64,000 bases of DNA, from contig NC_134028.1 of assembly GCF_964204645.1 (NCBI RefSeq), positions 14,453,653-14,517,652 of the forward strand, in the 5' to 3' direction. The position numbers and the translations under genes were made by a program. This document shows, one piece after another, positions 1 through 12,819 of the stretch (its first letter is position 1; each line of letters starts with the position of its first letter). The notes beneath the pieces were generated by a model, which was not told the origin of the DNA, searched no databases, and saw only the letters and a program-made list of their open reading frames with translations. The DNA comes from Tubulanus polymorphus. Its lineage: Eukaryota; Animalia; Nemertea.

Positions 1-87
1 AATTACATGATTTAGTTTAATTCTCATTTCTTTACCATGTTTAAAATCAAACCCAAAACATATACTCGGTCCAACAGTTATATTCAT
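1..87 (-). CDS. N-terminal part of 116-118 aa hypothetical Polinton protein (MNITVGPS...)
   Basis: Homologous to starts of 28781-29137 and 40317-40667; truncated by window edge. Confidence 0.7.
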   Translation of the reverse strand, partial: MNITVGPSICFGFDFKHGKEMRIKLNHVI

Positions 88-104
88 TTATATAGTGAAA
101 AGAA

Positions 105-863
105 TTACTCTCTACATCTTATAACTAATTCATAAATTACAGGGAAATTATTTAAATCAATTAAGTGCCCATTATGATTTCTAATTTCTAATCTAAAATT
201 ATTAAAACGAGGAATGCATGGTTTGAAATCACATTCTGTTAAATTATAATTTATTTGTGTTCCAAATTCTTTAACATTCTTCAATGGTAAAATGTTTAGT
301 AAACCAGAATTACAAGTTATATCTTTAGTTGCTTCGAATGTTTTTGTAGGATCGATTAAATTGCAATAAATATAAAAGTGTGTAAAAGGCATTATATTTG
401 AATTACCATCTACGTTTCCTGTAACAGTATCTGGTACAATTCCTAACAGTTTAGCTATAGGTTTTTTTACCATAAATGCATGTTGACATTCATCATATAC
501 ATTTATTTTAATTTTATTTGTGCTATCACTTTTTATAAATCTAAATAAAAATTTATCATCTCTTCTAATTTTCAACCGTGCTCTTCGATTAATTTCTTGA
601 GCTAATGTTTCTAAATTATATAATCCTGGTTTTAAAATTAGATGAAAACATTTATCTACATTTCTAATATGAATTAAAACAGTATTATCTTCAATAGTTT
701 TATCCGATATATTATAAAAAGAATTACATAAACTTATATTTACTAATTTTAAATCTACACAATTCTGGAATTCTCTATCTAATTGTACTAGTAAATTATG
801 AGATTTATAATTTTTAAGTTTTCTAGAATCAACAAATATTCTGTATTCTTTTAATTCTACCAT
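105..863 (-). CDS. Minor capsid protein (penton, single jelly-roll), intact ORF
   Basis: 252 aa with NSFYNI, PGLYNLETL, FYIYCNLI, LLNILP and LEIRNHNGHLIDLNN..YEL motifs typical of Polinton/virophage minor capsid proteins. Confidence 0.75.
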   Translation of the reverse strand: MVELKEYRIFVDSRKLKNYKSHNLLVQLDREFQNCVDLKLVNISLCNSFYNISDKTIEDNTVLIHIRNVDKCFHLILKPGLYNLETLAQEINRRARLKIRRDDKFLFRFIKSDSTNKIKINVYDECQHAFMVKKPIAKLLGIVPDTVTGNVDGNSNIMPFTHFYIYCNLIDPTKTFEATKDITCNSGLLNILPLKNVKEFGTQINYNLTECDFKPCIPRFNNFRLEIRNHNGHLIDLNNFPVIYELVIRCRE

Positions 864-880
864 TTATTTTACATATTTTC

Positions 881-1231
881 TTATTCGAAATCTATTTCAT
901 GGTGCCCTTTTTCATTCTTACCTTTGTATACGAAATAGAAATCTGAACATAATTCTTCTAGGTCTTCACTTGATAATCTATGAAATCTATCCGGTAAATA
1001 TGTTCTGAATTTATATGTATTTCCTTTTAATCCTTCATATTCTAAGTGTATAACTAATTTATCTCCATATTTGTTAGTAACTGTATAAATATTTGTAATT
1101 AGATATTTCTTATGGATTATTAATTCTTTTAACTTCTTAAATTTATAATCTACTGATTTGACATTTGAAGTATCTTTTATTCTATCTAGAAATGATTTGT
1201 TGTTCTCACTGCGTGTTTGTTTACTCTCCAT
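881..1231 (-). CDS. Small conserved Polinton protein, possible OB-fold ssDNA-binding protein
   Basis: FKKLxEL...KYLIT...KYGDKLVIHL...YLPDRF; directly downstream of PolB in three copies; fold assignment is inference. Confidence 0.55.
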   Translation of the reverse strand: MESKQTRSENNKSFLDRIKDTSNVKSVDYKFKKLKELIIHKKYLITNIYTVTNKYGDKLVIHLEYEGLKGNTYKFRTYLPDRFHRLSSEDLEELCSDFYFVYKGKNEKGHHEIDFE

Positions 1232-1260
1232 TTTAATAACATATTTTTATTAAAATTTGA

Positions 1261-4200
1261 TTAACACGTTAGGATTCTTTTCATTATCTCATTCTCTTTT
1301 GTTTCTTCTCTTTTAAATTTTAAATATTCATCTAAATTACAACCATAAGCAACTGTATAAATTCCATCATCTAAAATATATCTTTTATCATCAAATGGGT
1401 TTAGACTTATCTTTTCAATTTCTTCAATAAACATTTCATGATCTTCAGATCTTAAACATCGCATCTTATGTTTTCTAACTTCTTCATTGAATATACAATT
1501 GATGTAATCTTTGAAATGAATATTCTTTTCTACTACACTTTTGGTTATTCCTTTTAACTTTTTAGCTTCATGTTCTTTAGTTTTATATGAATACATTTTA
1601 GATCTAATACCGATGAATTCAATCATTTCTTCACTACCTAATTCATCTTTGAATTTACAAGGAACTTTTATTATCATTGCTAAACAATTCATGATCTTTA
1701 GGATAATTACTGAAATCAAAATGATGTTTTAATGTTTTTAAATCATCAGTTATGTTATCAGTTTTTATCTTTAATATGTAACCGTCGGTATCAAAATATA
1801 ATATTTCTATATGTTTTTCTCCAAAAAGTGGTTGTAATACATTATAATAGAATTCATACATTAGTAATTTTGATAATCATAAAACTGAAGCGCCAACATA
1901 GATTGGTTTATTAAATTTCATTGATGTTCTTCTCATCTTAACTGCAGCTAAATTTTCATCAAATATTCTGTTACCAATGAACTTAGGATATGATTGTAAA
2001 TACCTTATCCTTTTACCATTACTAACTAACTCAATATCATTTCTATTTCTAATATTTTCATCACAAGTCTTACCATAGAATGCATTATTCATTAACTTGA
2101 AGAAATCTTTCTCGAAATCAGTTTTAGCTTTAGTTCTCTGTTTGGTGTTAAAATCTATATATTTTTCTAACCACTTAGATTGGCTAAATGAAATATCTCT
2201 ATGTACTTTTTTTAGAACCATTCCCTGATTCAAATAAAACTTTAACATTCTATAATGTACTACATAATTATATTTATCTTCTTGAGTTACCATTAACTTT
2301 TCTGTATGAATATGATTTTCGGGTTTAATTCTTTTTTGGTAATTTGATAATTCTTCATGAGTTACAGTTTTATGTTCGGGACAGTAAGCTAGATTTCTAG
2401 ATTTAAATTTAATATGTTCAGGATATTCTAAATCTACAACAAAAAAATAACCAGTATCTGAATCATCTGCAATATCTAGAATTCTTTTCTTCCAATCAAA
2501 TTTATCATTATTTTCATTCTGTAAAACTTCAGTTAATTCAAATACTCCATAAGGATGTGGTTCCATCATTGCCCAACCATACAAATTATTTGCATCTATA
2601 TATAATAACTAATATCCAGGGTTATCATTTACATTGAAATATCTATCACCTAATACACCTGAAACTCCTCCTCTTATAGATTTTTCAAATGATAGTAATT
2701 GATCTATATTTGTTAACAAATCCATTTTTATATCTGTAAATTTTAAACCACAATCCCATGTTAATCCTGGACTTGAATAACAATGACAAGGATCAATTTG
2801 AAAATATTTTAGGTTTACATCTCTAAACCTTTCGAATATATCGGTTAATAATAATACATCTGATTTTAAATATAAATCTACTAATTGCCCATGATTTTCT
2901 ATTTTGAAATGATTCCAAATATTCAATGTTCTATTATAGACTTTATCTTTAACATATTCATTTTTTAATTCATCATAGAATTGTTCTTTCAATAATTCAG
3001 TTATATTGAAATCATTATGTGATTTATGAAATGAATATGGAATTGCTCCTTTATATCTCATTAATTGAAAATCATCATTATTTGGGTAGTGTTATTTTAA
3101 TGTTTTTAATTCATCATCAACTAATGATTTTGATAAGTTATCTAATGAACTATTTAAAAATCTATATGAATCTATAAATCTTAGGCAACCAAATTGGAAT
3201 GATATATAATTCTCAGATGTTTTAGCTAACATTCTAAATTTATAAGTTGGTATTTTATCTTATGATCTATTTGAATTTAATCTTTCTATTTCATTATTAA
3301 TTTCTTCTATTTTATGGCATAACTGTTTGATGAATAAATGTGCATCATACCCTGATAGATTATGAAATATAACTGGTACAAAATTAATTTTCTTAGCTTG
3401 TAAGTTACAATTCTCATGTGCAGCGCCTCTTAACTTTCCGTTCAAATGATCATGGTCTCTTACTTTTTTATCTCTAAAATTAAATATCTTTTCACAATAA
3501 TAACATTTATCTGCAAACTCAAATGCTTCTTTATCTTCTTCTGTCATTATAATTTCTATATTTGTATTCAATAATTTACTAAATCTTATTTCATATTCAA
3601 TTAATAAGTCACAAAAATGATTGATAACATTTTCATTTCTATAATGATAATATTCACTTTCAATTAGTTCTGGGTAATCAGATTTAATATATAACCCGAA
3701 AGCCGCAGCTGATTGATGAATCTTTTTAATAGTATTTGTTTTTGGTGGTTCTTCTGAAAAATCATTTTCATTAGAATTTAATTTCTTTCTTTTATAATAT
3801 ATTTCTTTTCTATCTTGATCAGTTAATTCTTTATTTAATGATTCAAAATCTCCATATATAACAAATGGAACTTTATTTTTGTAATCATATTTTTTGAATT
3901 CTAATATTTTATCCTTTTCATTTGGTAAAACTAATTTACAATAATCATGATTTTCACATAATTGTTTATGATTTAATAATGTACTTTCATTACTGAATTT
4001 ATGTAAACATTTTCTACATAGATATATCTTATTATGGTGATCACTTTCTGTTCTAAAGAATAAATCTATTTGTTTAATCCACATATAATGATTCTCATAA
4101 TATAATATATCTATAACATCGTTTGAATCATAATCTTTTGATAGGTATAAAGGTTCTAATGTATAATGTTTTATATTGTTACCTTTTGTATTTGGTAATT

Positions 4201-5305
4201 TGATTAAATCAAATAAATTCATCTTTATATTATTAACTCTTTCTATTTTTGGGATGTTTTTAATTATAACAGGATACTTATCTATCTTATAATTATTTTC
4301 AAATGGTTTATAATTTGTTAATCTATAAGTATGTTTATTATAATCTTCAAGTGGGTGTAAGCAACTTATTATAGCCCATAGAAAACATTTATCATCTTCA
4401 TTTTGTACATTTATAACAGCATTAGTTTTAAATGGTAGTTTAATATAACTCGATGCTTCAATATCTGGTTCTTTATAATATGATACTTTATTTTCATCAA
4501 TTGGTTTTGATTTAGTTAACTTATTATATTTTGTGCTATAAACATGTAAAGTCATAAATATTATTTCATCAAATATTAAACCAGATCCTTCAAAATATTT
4601 CTCTTCTATTTTAGTTTTTACTTCATTATAACATTTATCTAATTTATCATCTATATGTTGTTTATATATAATATGTTGTGAATGAGAATTTATATTATAT
4701 ATTGGTTTATCTTCAGATTTTATAAACTTTACTTTAACTGATATACTAATTTTAGGGTATTCAACATCAGTTATTATTTTTATAATATTTTTCATATTTT
4801 CTAAATGTTTTTTATTTTCTTCTAATGTTTTTCTTTTATGAAATTTAAACTCCATAGCTGCTGGACCAATATCACTTTTAAATGCTTCGGTTATCTCTAT
4901 ATCTTTTTTATTATCTTATGAATTAATATATTTACTTACATCTTCCATGTATTGTCTTTTATTGTTTAATTTATTTTTTATGCTTTTAATTGTCTTCTGT
5001 TTCTTAACATTATCTTTATCAAAATAATCTTCACCTAAAATAACATTATTCATATTTCTAATATGACTTTTAGATTTTAAATGTTCATTATAATATCTTT
5101 TATCACTGAATGATTGATTACATGTATCACATTTATATATTTCTTTTTCATTCATTAATTCATCTAATTTAGTTTCTAATATATCATCTTTATATTCTAG
5201 TTTCAATTTATTCTCTAAATGTGTTTTAGTTTTATTGTGTCTTGCTTTTTGGGATTTATCTATATTGATATTACATGTTGGGCAGTAGTACTTATTTGCT
5301 TCCAT
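1261..5305 (-). pseudogene. polB: Protein-primed family B DNA polymerase (pPolB) with N-terminal zinc fingers, vOTU-like and EndoVII-like domains; several stops/frameshifts
   Basis: Exo motifs YGDFES, FHNLSGYD, YLKSDV; KLMNNAFYGKT; YFDTDG (normally DTDS); INVQNEDDKCFLWAI; CYYC...VRDHDHLNGK.RGAAHENCN; split over ORFs 4916-5305, 3260-4855, 2609-3061, 1877-2584, 1655-1861, 1261-1719. Confidence 0.95.
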
Positions 5306-5535
5306 TTTAATACTAAAATTTTTATTAAAATTGATTTTAGAAGTTCAATGATTTATATCATGTATTATTTCAATCACACTTTACTAACACTTTTAATGTT
5401 TAAAAATCTAACTCATACAAATATGAATATAAGTTTATAAAATAACTATTTATATATCTATTCTATAAGAGCTTACACTTTTATATTGAATAATCTGTCA
5501 ATTTAAATGTTATTCATGTATATGATTATTTTAAG

Positions 5536-5801
5536 AGTAATAGGGGTAATAGGCTTTCAGGTTAAAGGTTGAACGGGCGGGTGAGTAAAAATGAAAAACA
5601 TGAAAATAATAACAATTTCTACTTGAATTAGGAGTGAAACTCATAAAAATGAAAAATAAATTCGAGCGTGTGAGAATTTATTTTTCATTTTTATGAGTTT
5701 CGCGAGTAATTCAAGTAGAAATTGTTATTATTTTCACGTTTTTCATTTTTACGAGCTCGACCGTTCGACCTTTGGCCTGAAAGCCTATTACCCCTATTAC
5801 T
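5536..5801. repeat. Terminal fold-back palindrome of E1 (266 bp, type A)
   Basis: AGTAATAGGGGTAATAGGCTTTCAGG at 5536 pairs with CCTGAAAGCCTATTACCCCTATTACT ending 5801; apex AATTCGAGCGTGTGAGAATT. Confidence 0.95.
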
Positions 5802-6749
5802 GATATTCTATCGAGTCAGATGGTAGTCTAGATTATTGTATATGACATCAATAATTAACAACCTTCCATGGATACGAAGCAGCCTAAGCCTATATCCTAC
5901 CATCATTTTTTAGAAAATCTCAGCATCATTTCAAAGGTCGATCTTAGAAAATATGTAGGACGTGTTCACAGGACAAAAATCCTTCCAAAATTTCAAATTT
6001 CTGAAAGCCAAGATACTTCAGGCTTTTGGTGCAGAACAAAATGCATATCCTCAAATTGAAAATTGTGTTTTCAAAGTAAATGATCAATGCGGAATTGTTT
6101 CGAACTCAGGGTTCTCCCATTTACTCTCCTGTACTTTACAATGGTTTCAATGAGATAAGTCACGCATTGCTGTGTTCAGATGGTCAGTTGAATACTTCTT
6201 CATTGTATTGAAAGGTATTTCATACTAAATGCATCTTTTCTTAAATGCGTTGTTATTACTCAAAATAAAACATTACCCATAAGTTTGAATTCTCACTGAA
6301 CTACTACATCCCTATAACAAATATATATTTCATATCAGGCGATTAACTTAGATCTGTGGACATTGCACAGCCGCTACGAAACATATAATAATACTACATT
6401 ATCCTTTCATCTATTCATATAAATGATATATGATATTGTTTTTATTGTTCAGTTCGAACGCCTCGAACGTAAAAGTATGACTCGTTTCGCATTGGTATAG
6501 ACTACGCACAACACAAATGAAAACCTTTACCACGTTCATATGTATGCATGCGCACGAATCGAATCGTTGTGCGTTCAAAACCCCAATTTAAAATCTTTAG
6601 CATTTAGTGGGAAATTTCAAAGTAAGCTCGCCACGTACAATGAAAATCGGACAAGACTTTTCTTAAGTGCCAAATTTGAATATGTTAGAGTAGCACTGAC
6701 GAATGATTTAGGCAATAACCCAAGTCATTTCTAAAACCAGTTAACCAGT

Positions 6750-7510
6750 ATATGGACTGTACTGGTGTAGCTTGTCCAGGCAAAAGTGTTGTTAGATTTA
6801 CGTTCAGGCCAATTGAAGTAATTTGATACCAAACAAAATAGTGTTGCTTGAGAATCAGATAAATATAGCTCTATGGTCAGTACTGGCCAAGAATTGGGCA
6901 GTTGTATAGTTGTTAGATCAAAGACCATTCCATATTTAATTATTTGACGCTAAACACGACTGTGTTACTTCTAAAAATAGACAAATTACTTCAAGGTCGG
7001 TATCGGTCAAGAATTGGTCAGTTAAATAGTTACATCACTGCCAACATATCTAGTCGCTAGACACCCAAACACGATTTTATTGCTCATTGATACTAAACAT
7101 ATGAATTACTTATGGTCAGTTCTAGTTGTCACTGGTCAGTACTGGTCAAGCATTGGTCAATCAAAACAATTTTTAGATTAATGCCCACATCATATCTTGT
7201 CATCTGACGCCAAACAACTTTTTTTTACAATACAGGGCCTGGTTTCATAGATGTGGAAGCAAAATAATCCCTGGGAACATTTTGAAATTTGTCAGTTATA
7301 ACCATGGTTTCTCATTGTTACTATGGTGGTTGTCATCCAGATTGAGGATTTACCCCTAGGGATAACTTTGATACTAAGTCTATGAAACCGGGCCCATACG
7401 ATTCACTATATTGCCAGTACTGGTCATGCATTGGTCTAAACCAGAGCCCACCCCATCTAAACACGATTGTGTCGTTTCGAAAATTTATCTTTTGGGCACT
7501 TTGTGGTCAG
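6750..7510. repeat. Degenerate host tandem repeat (~120 bp units)
   Basis: Recurring GGTCAGTACTGGTCAAG(A/C)ATTGGTCA and AAACACGA motifs. Confidence 0.55.
7235..7395. mobile_element. Small MITE (possibly PIF/Harbinger-type)
   Basis: TIRs GGGCCTGGTTTCATAGA / TCTATGAAACCGGGCCC; interrupts the tandem repeat; TSD not clear. Confidence 0.6.
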
Positions 7511-8980
7511 CCATGTTCTTTTACATTCTTATTTTGCATTTTATCTCGAACACCGAAAGATTGAATTACTAATTAATTCAACAGATCATTCATTAATGAA
7601 AATAAAGATCAGTTAACAGTCCTCAGTCTGAATAAAATGTCTCACCGCCAACACCGAAGCCCCAGCCTGTACCCCATAACTATTATCTGCAGCATGCCCG
7701 CACAACGGATGGTGAGAATATTATACTATTCCATCGTACTTCACGCGAGCAACAAGCCTAATCTTACATAGATCGAAGATGAAAGGAGTTCTATTGTTCG
7801 AGGAGAGCTGTTGCTGTTTTCCTACCTTGGCGCTGAATGAACGGGAATTTAGTCAGAAATTAACCAGATAAGGCGGATTACCCAAGGAATAGAGCTATAC
7901 CTTATTAGGCGAAATAAACGTCTTGAAAGGTAAGTGGCAAACGGAAATTTGATATTGATTTTACCTTAATTGTAAGGACGTATATACCGGTACCGGTCTA
8001 GGCGGAGTCTACTTATGGACAATTAACAGCCAGAACCAAACATAATACATACACTGTGAAAAACAAACTAGGCTATGTCAAAAACATGTACTAAGCATGT
8101 TTGCGACTTGGAATAAATATATGACTCATTTAGTTGAGAGAATGCGTGAATCTATGTGAGAACTTGGAACTACATTTAGTACCCGTACGTGTCAATAAAA
8201 TAATGAAAACATCCACCAACAACGACTGACTACTCTTAAATCAATACAATAGCCATTTCTCATTCTAAAACGAAGCATTTACAGTAATTTGGATGTGAAT
8301 AGTACGTAGACCCATGAGGCAAAACATTGCATTGAATAAGGCAGCCATAAAAATACGTCCTAATCAGATGCTTGCCGGTTCAGGCTGGTTTTAAGATTGT
8401 TTACATTGAACCAAAATCGAAGTTTAAAACTATGTACGTCAACAAGAATTCTTACCGCCGATCACATCAGGCCTACTTTTACTAGTCGATTTCCGATTTT
8501 GGCTCCCGCTAGGTGTGGTGCGGGTCACCAAATAAAAAAAAAATAATCAGACAAAATCTACCAATCGAAAAAAGAAATTAATCGAAAATCATCTTATAAG
8601 GATAATTTCTATTAACATCATTACCAAATGACCGATCACCTGTAGAATTAAAACTTTGCGTCTGAATAGTGGAATTCGAACCTGAATTTCTACATCGATT
8701 GATCCGGTTCAATGTCCTCAACTGGGTATCCCTGCGGGATGATCCTTTACTACATGTATTTATAGTGCTATTAAGAAATTAAGAAATTCCGCCTTATTGG
8801 AAAATTCCACCGGTTCCGTGGACACCGCGAAATACAACAATGTCGGAAATTAGAAATGAACCAAACCAAAATTTCAATGTTCTGTTTCAATGGCCACTTG
8901 TAAGCATGATCCTCGAAATGAGATGTTTCGTTGGTTTGTGGCGATCACGGTAGACGTCTCAAAAACATGTTTGATACATA

Positions 8981-9143
8981 CCGACTTATCAATACTAGCA
9001 GCCCGATCTACACTCAGTGTAGAAGAGTACTGGTCGCCAACAACGTTGTCCCGATCATTAGTAAATCCCTCGTTATCGAATGACTGGGGTTGACCGGAAT
9101 CATGTTGATTCATACTTTGCAATTGTATACCGGTACTCGACAT
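8981..9143 (-). CDS. Probable first coding exon of a host gene (MSSTGIQLQSMNQHDS...DNEGF...)
   Basis: Acceptor TTTCAG immediately before AAACATG, donor GTATGT after ...DKS, upstream donor GTGAGT at ~9521; product unknown. Confidence 0.4.
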
Positions 9144-12100
9144 GTTTCTGAAATACACATGAAGATCGTAATGGAAAATAGAAAGGTCCCTAAGCTTGAT
9201 CTTCATTAATGTTAATAAGTATGTTTATTAATCGTCAATGTTAATAGTTGTCGTCGTGTACTTATTTCGCATACCACTAATTAAAAATTATTGATTCCGC
9301 AGTACGGGGGGGGGGGGAAGCGATTACACTTCCATGAAATCTCATATACGCATTCGCTTCTTCGATCCCCCCACCTCTAGACAACCACTGACATTATATA
9401 TTATTAGAAATAATTCACAAATTAACGTATTGGAAAAACCATGTAGCCTCCTATTCGTGCCTTACAAATTTGTACCGGGTATTCTAAAGATAATCAAATG
9501 ATTAAGTAAGCTTGGACTCACCTCTTGAATCTGAATTCACTTTCAAAAATAGCTAGCACGACGCTCTACGCATAGACCTGCAGTACTCACAGTGCAAGAA
9601 TAAACATCGAGAGCCTTTACAAATTCAGGAATTCACCGAACGAGTTGTAATTTTAGGGACATGCGTGCAATGTGCTATGCTATACACGTATGTATAGGCA
9701 AAAGTACATGTTTCATACCACCTAATAATCTCAACTGCATAATATGTTCATGGAACCTTCGACCAATGACCACTTTCAAAACGATAAGCATATTCATTCA
9801 GTTATACGGCAGTTCTTCATAGCACTTTTCACAATCACAATACAGACATATAGAGACATTTATGAGATGAGACCTAAGAGACATGATCGCAGCGAAGTTG
9901 ATCTGCAGTCTGTGAAATAAGTCACAGGTGTTTGCATATTCTGTGTGCATATATTGATTAAGTCCGTTATTGTCGCGATGTGTTAAACAATTTGATGTCA
10001 TTTAACGTCCACATTTGAAAATGACTGACTATTGATCTTAAAATAAGGATTGACCCTGTTATTTATTTGATTGTAGATTTCGTTTGGTTTTTTCGAGTTG
10101 GTGTCCCTTACAAACCAACCACTAAGCATGTAGTGTTTCAGTACGCTAGGCTTACTAATGAAAAACTACGCGATCCCAAAATTTCTATTAGCACTACAGG
10201 TGACTACAGGTTAAGTATCGTATATTGGTATGCTCAATCTGACCTGTTTTTCCTACGTATTGCATGGATATAATTTTCACGCCAATGTTATCAGTGGGAA
10301 CCACAATACTACTTACTCGTAAGTTTTAGTTTTTCTATTCATCATAATCAAATGATATGATTGTCGATGAAAATCAGTATATACTCGTACACAGAATTGC
10401 AAAAATATTCACAGGAAAAAGTGCAGGATACGAGTACCATACTATAGGAAATTGACTTGTTCTGTTATATTCTGTTATTACTATCATTTTGAAAGTACTA
10501 AGTTATTAAACCTGAAAACATCACTGTATCGTACATCATTGGCCAACTGTCTATCACACATTCTTACTGATGTTCTGTTGTGAAATACCATTACTAATGA
10601 CGAATGAACCAATTGAATTGCAGCCTTCAGGATAAAATTTGCATTCAGAAATATAAACGCGCAATCCGATCGCGGCTTTGAAATAGTGGCCATTTTTCAA
10701 GCATTTTTTTGCTGTCGTATGCTGAGTAACTAAATAATCTAGTAATCTAGTATTCTACCGGTATGAATGAATGACAGGGATCTTTTGAGTCATCTGCATC
10801 AGCGATAACAGGTTTTCTCACAACTCCCACAAATATAAAAATCAGAATAATTTCTTGTTAAATTTCAATTAAACTCTATTTCAATGTCAAATTACTCTCA
10901 ATTTTTGGTGCATACCACTACAATTGAATATATCAGATACCCAGAGGTAGCCTATTCCTGTCAAATTGTATTGGTGTCACTGCAGACTAGAATTTTAGGC
11001 CCACTGTTATTTTATTATTAGCTCAATATGAAAAAACAATTACATTCATTGATTTTTGAAACTAGGACTAACTCATGACATGAGCTGGCATTATAAGCTA
11101 GACCAGTTAGCCTAAACGTGATAGGTTGTTGTTGGCCCCACCCGAAAGAAGTCCAATCGTTTACCACACCTACACCAATAAGCAGTCCACCTTGTTTTCG
11201 AAAATTTAGTAAGCGGAGGCATTATTTCTTGCGCCATCCAATGATTTGGTGAAGGAGATACAACAGCTTCCTAAAATCGATGAATACGGGAGACTTGATT
11301 TCGCATTATGAGGTATTTGCCTAGTTAAAGATTCAATGGTCGCTAATTTTTGCACTTCGCGAATTAATTCCAGTGGGCTATTGTCGTTTGTAGATGCAGT
11401 CCATGTCATTTAAGGTTTCTCAAAATCAATTGTCACAGGAGTGAGAGGAATATGGATTCTTCGATTCATTATAAATAGGCCTACACACAATTTCAAACAT
11501 CAGACTCAATTCGATATTCAAGCCCCGGTCTTACATACTTACCAAAATTTATCGATGTCAATTAACCTCTTATATACAATTATTAATTTATCACTTATAA
11601 CATATCTTATTAATCTATTTACGTAGTCTCAAATGTTTTGGGACTTTCTTAAATGTACGTATTAAAATGTAAACAAATTTTAGTCCCTATGTCCTCAGAA
11701 ATACATGAATGAACAGTTGAAACATTTTCGAAATATGTCGACTATGCCCTTAAATCAACCTATTAATTGGTCCCATAAGGAATAGTGTTTTAGTTATATA
11801 CGTAATGCCCAAAGGTCTTCGCATTTACAGATAAGATTACGTAAGTGATTCGTGCGCAACACGATAGGTACACAATTAATAGAAATCTGAATCGCTGCTT
11901 CTTTGCGTATCCTTAATTGAGAGTACGGTGCCGTATCAAAATTTTGTACATTGGCTGCGGGAAGAATTCCTCTCGTAGTCAAAAACAATTATCTAGAAAA
12001 GAACACACGATGTAGGCGATGCATGACACAATGTTTACAAATTCAAGGGCCTGAGGAAGCAATAAAGCTTAAGCTTTTTGTCTTAAAGAAAACTGAAATA

Positions 12101-12471
12101 GCAATGTGTGCAAAAATTACAGTACTTCAGCATTGGTTTGGCCAATCCAAGATTGCATGGTTTCAAAGTCGTTCGTGCCGTCAGTCATTTATATTTGAAT
12201 TTTGACACTCTAAAAAAAGGCGAAATACGGGTAAAATGGTTTTTGTGAGTGTTTTTGAGTATATAGTTCCTTATTCATTATATGCGCGTATCTAAACTGT
12301 AGTTTAATCGCGTTGAATATCAGGACTATGATAAAAGTCGGTGTGGTGGCAGCACCTGCTGGCTCAGGATTTTTGATAACTGTATCTAGGAGTATTGGAT
12401 AATGTGGATTTTAGGTGTTTCACCTGTCAATTTCATGAATGAACTATGCGTTAAGACGTGTTTGTATTGCT

Positions 12472-12740
12472 AGTAATAGGGAATATCTTGTTTCATACCA
12501 AAGGTCGAAAGGTCGAGCTCACAAAAAATGAAAAATATGAAAATAATAACAATTTCTATTTGAATTAGTAGCGAAACTCATATAAAATGAAAAATAATTC
12601 TCGCACACTCGAATTTATTTTTCATTTTATATGAGTTTCACTCCTAATTCAAATAGAAATTATTATTATTTTCATATTTTTCATTTTTTACTCACTAGCC
12701 CTTTCAACCTTTGATATGAAACAAGATATTCCCTATTACT
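12472..12740. repeat. Left terminal palindrome of E2 (269 bp, type A)
   Basis: AGTAATAGGGAATATCTTGTTTCATA ... TATGAAACAAGATATTCCCTATTACT. Confidence 0.95.
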
Positions 12741-12819
12741 CTTAAAATATTCATATTTATGAATAAAATATAAATGAATAACTTCTAAAATCAATTTTAA
12801 TAAAAAATTTAGTATTAAA

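Larger units (their letters stand above)
1..5801 (-). mobile_element. Polinton/Maverick element E1, partial (PolB end; continues beyond left edge of window)
   Basis: Penton-like, small OB-like and pPolB genes in the same order as in E2; ends in a terminal palindrome finishing ...CCCCTATTACT at 5801, after which sequence becomes non-homologous host DNA. Confidence 0.93.

Noticed and set aside
1261-5305. Programmed frameshifting, readthrough or alternative genetic code in PolB
   Set aside because: Stops and frameshifts occur at different positions in each copy, consistent with decay or some sequencing error
7645-7832. Further host exon with plausible splice sites
   Set aside because: All three minus-strand frames contain stops; cannot be linked confidently to the exon at 8981-9143
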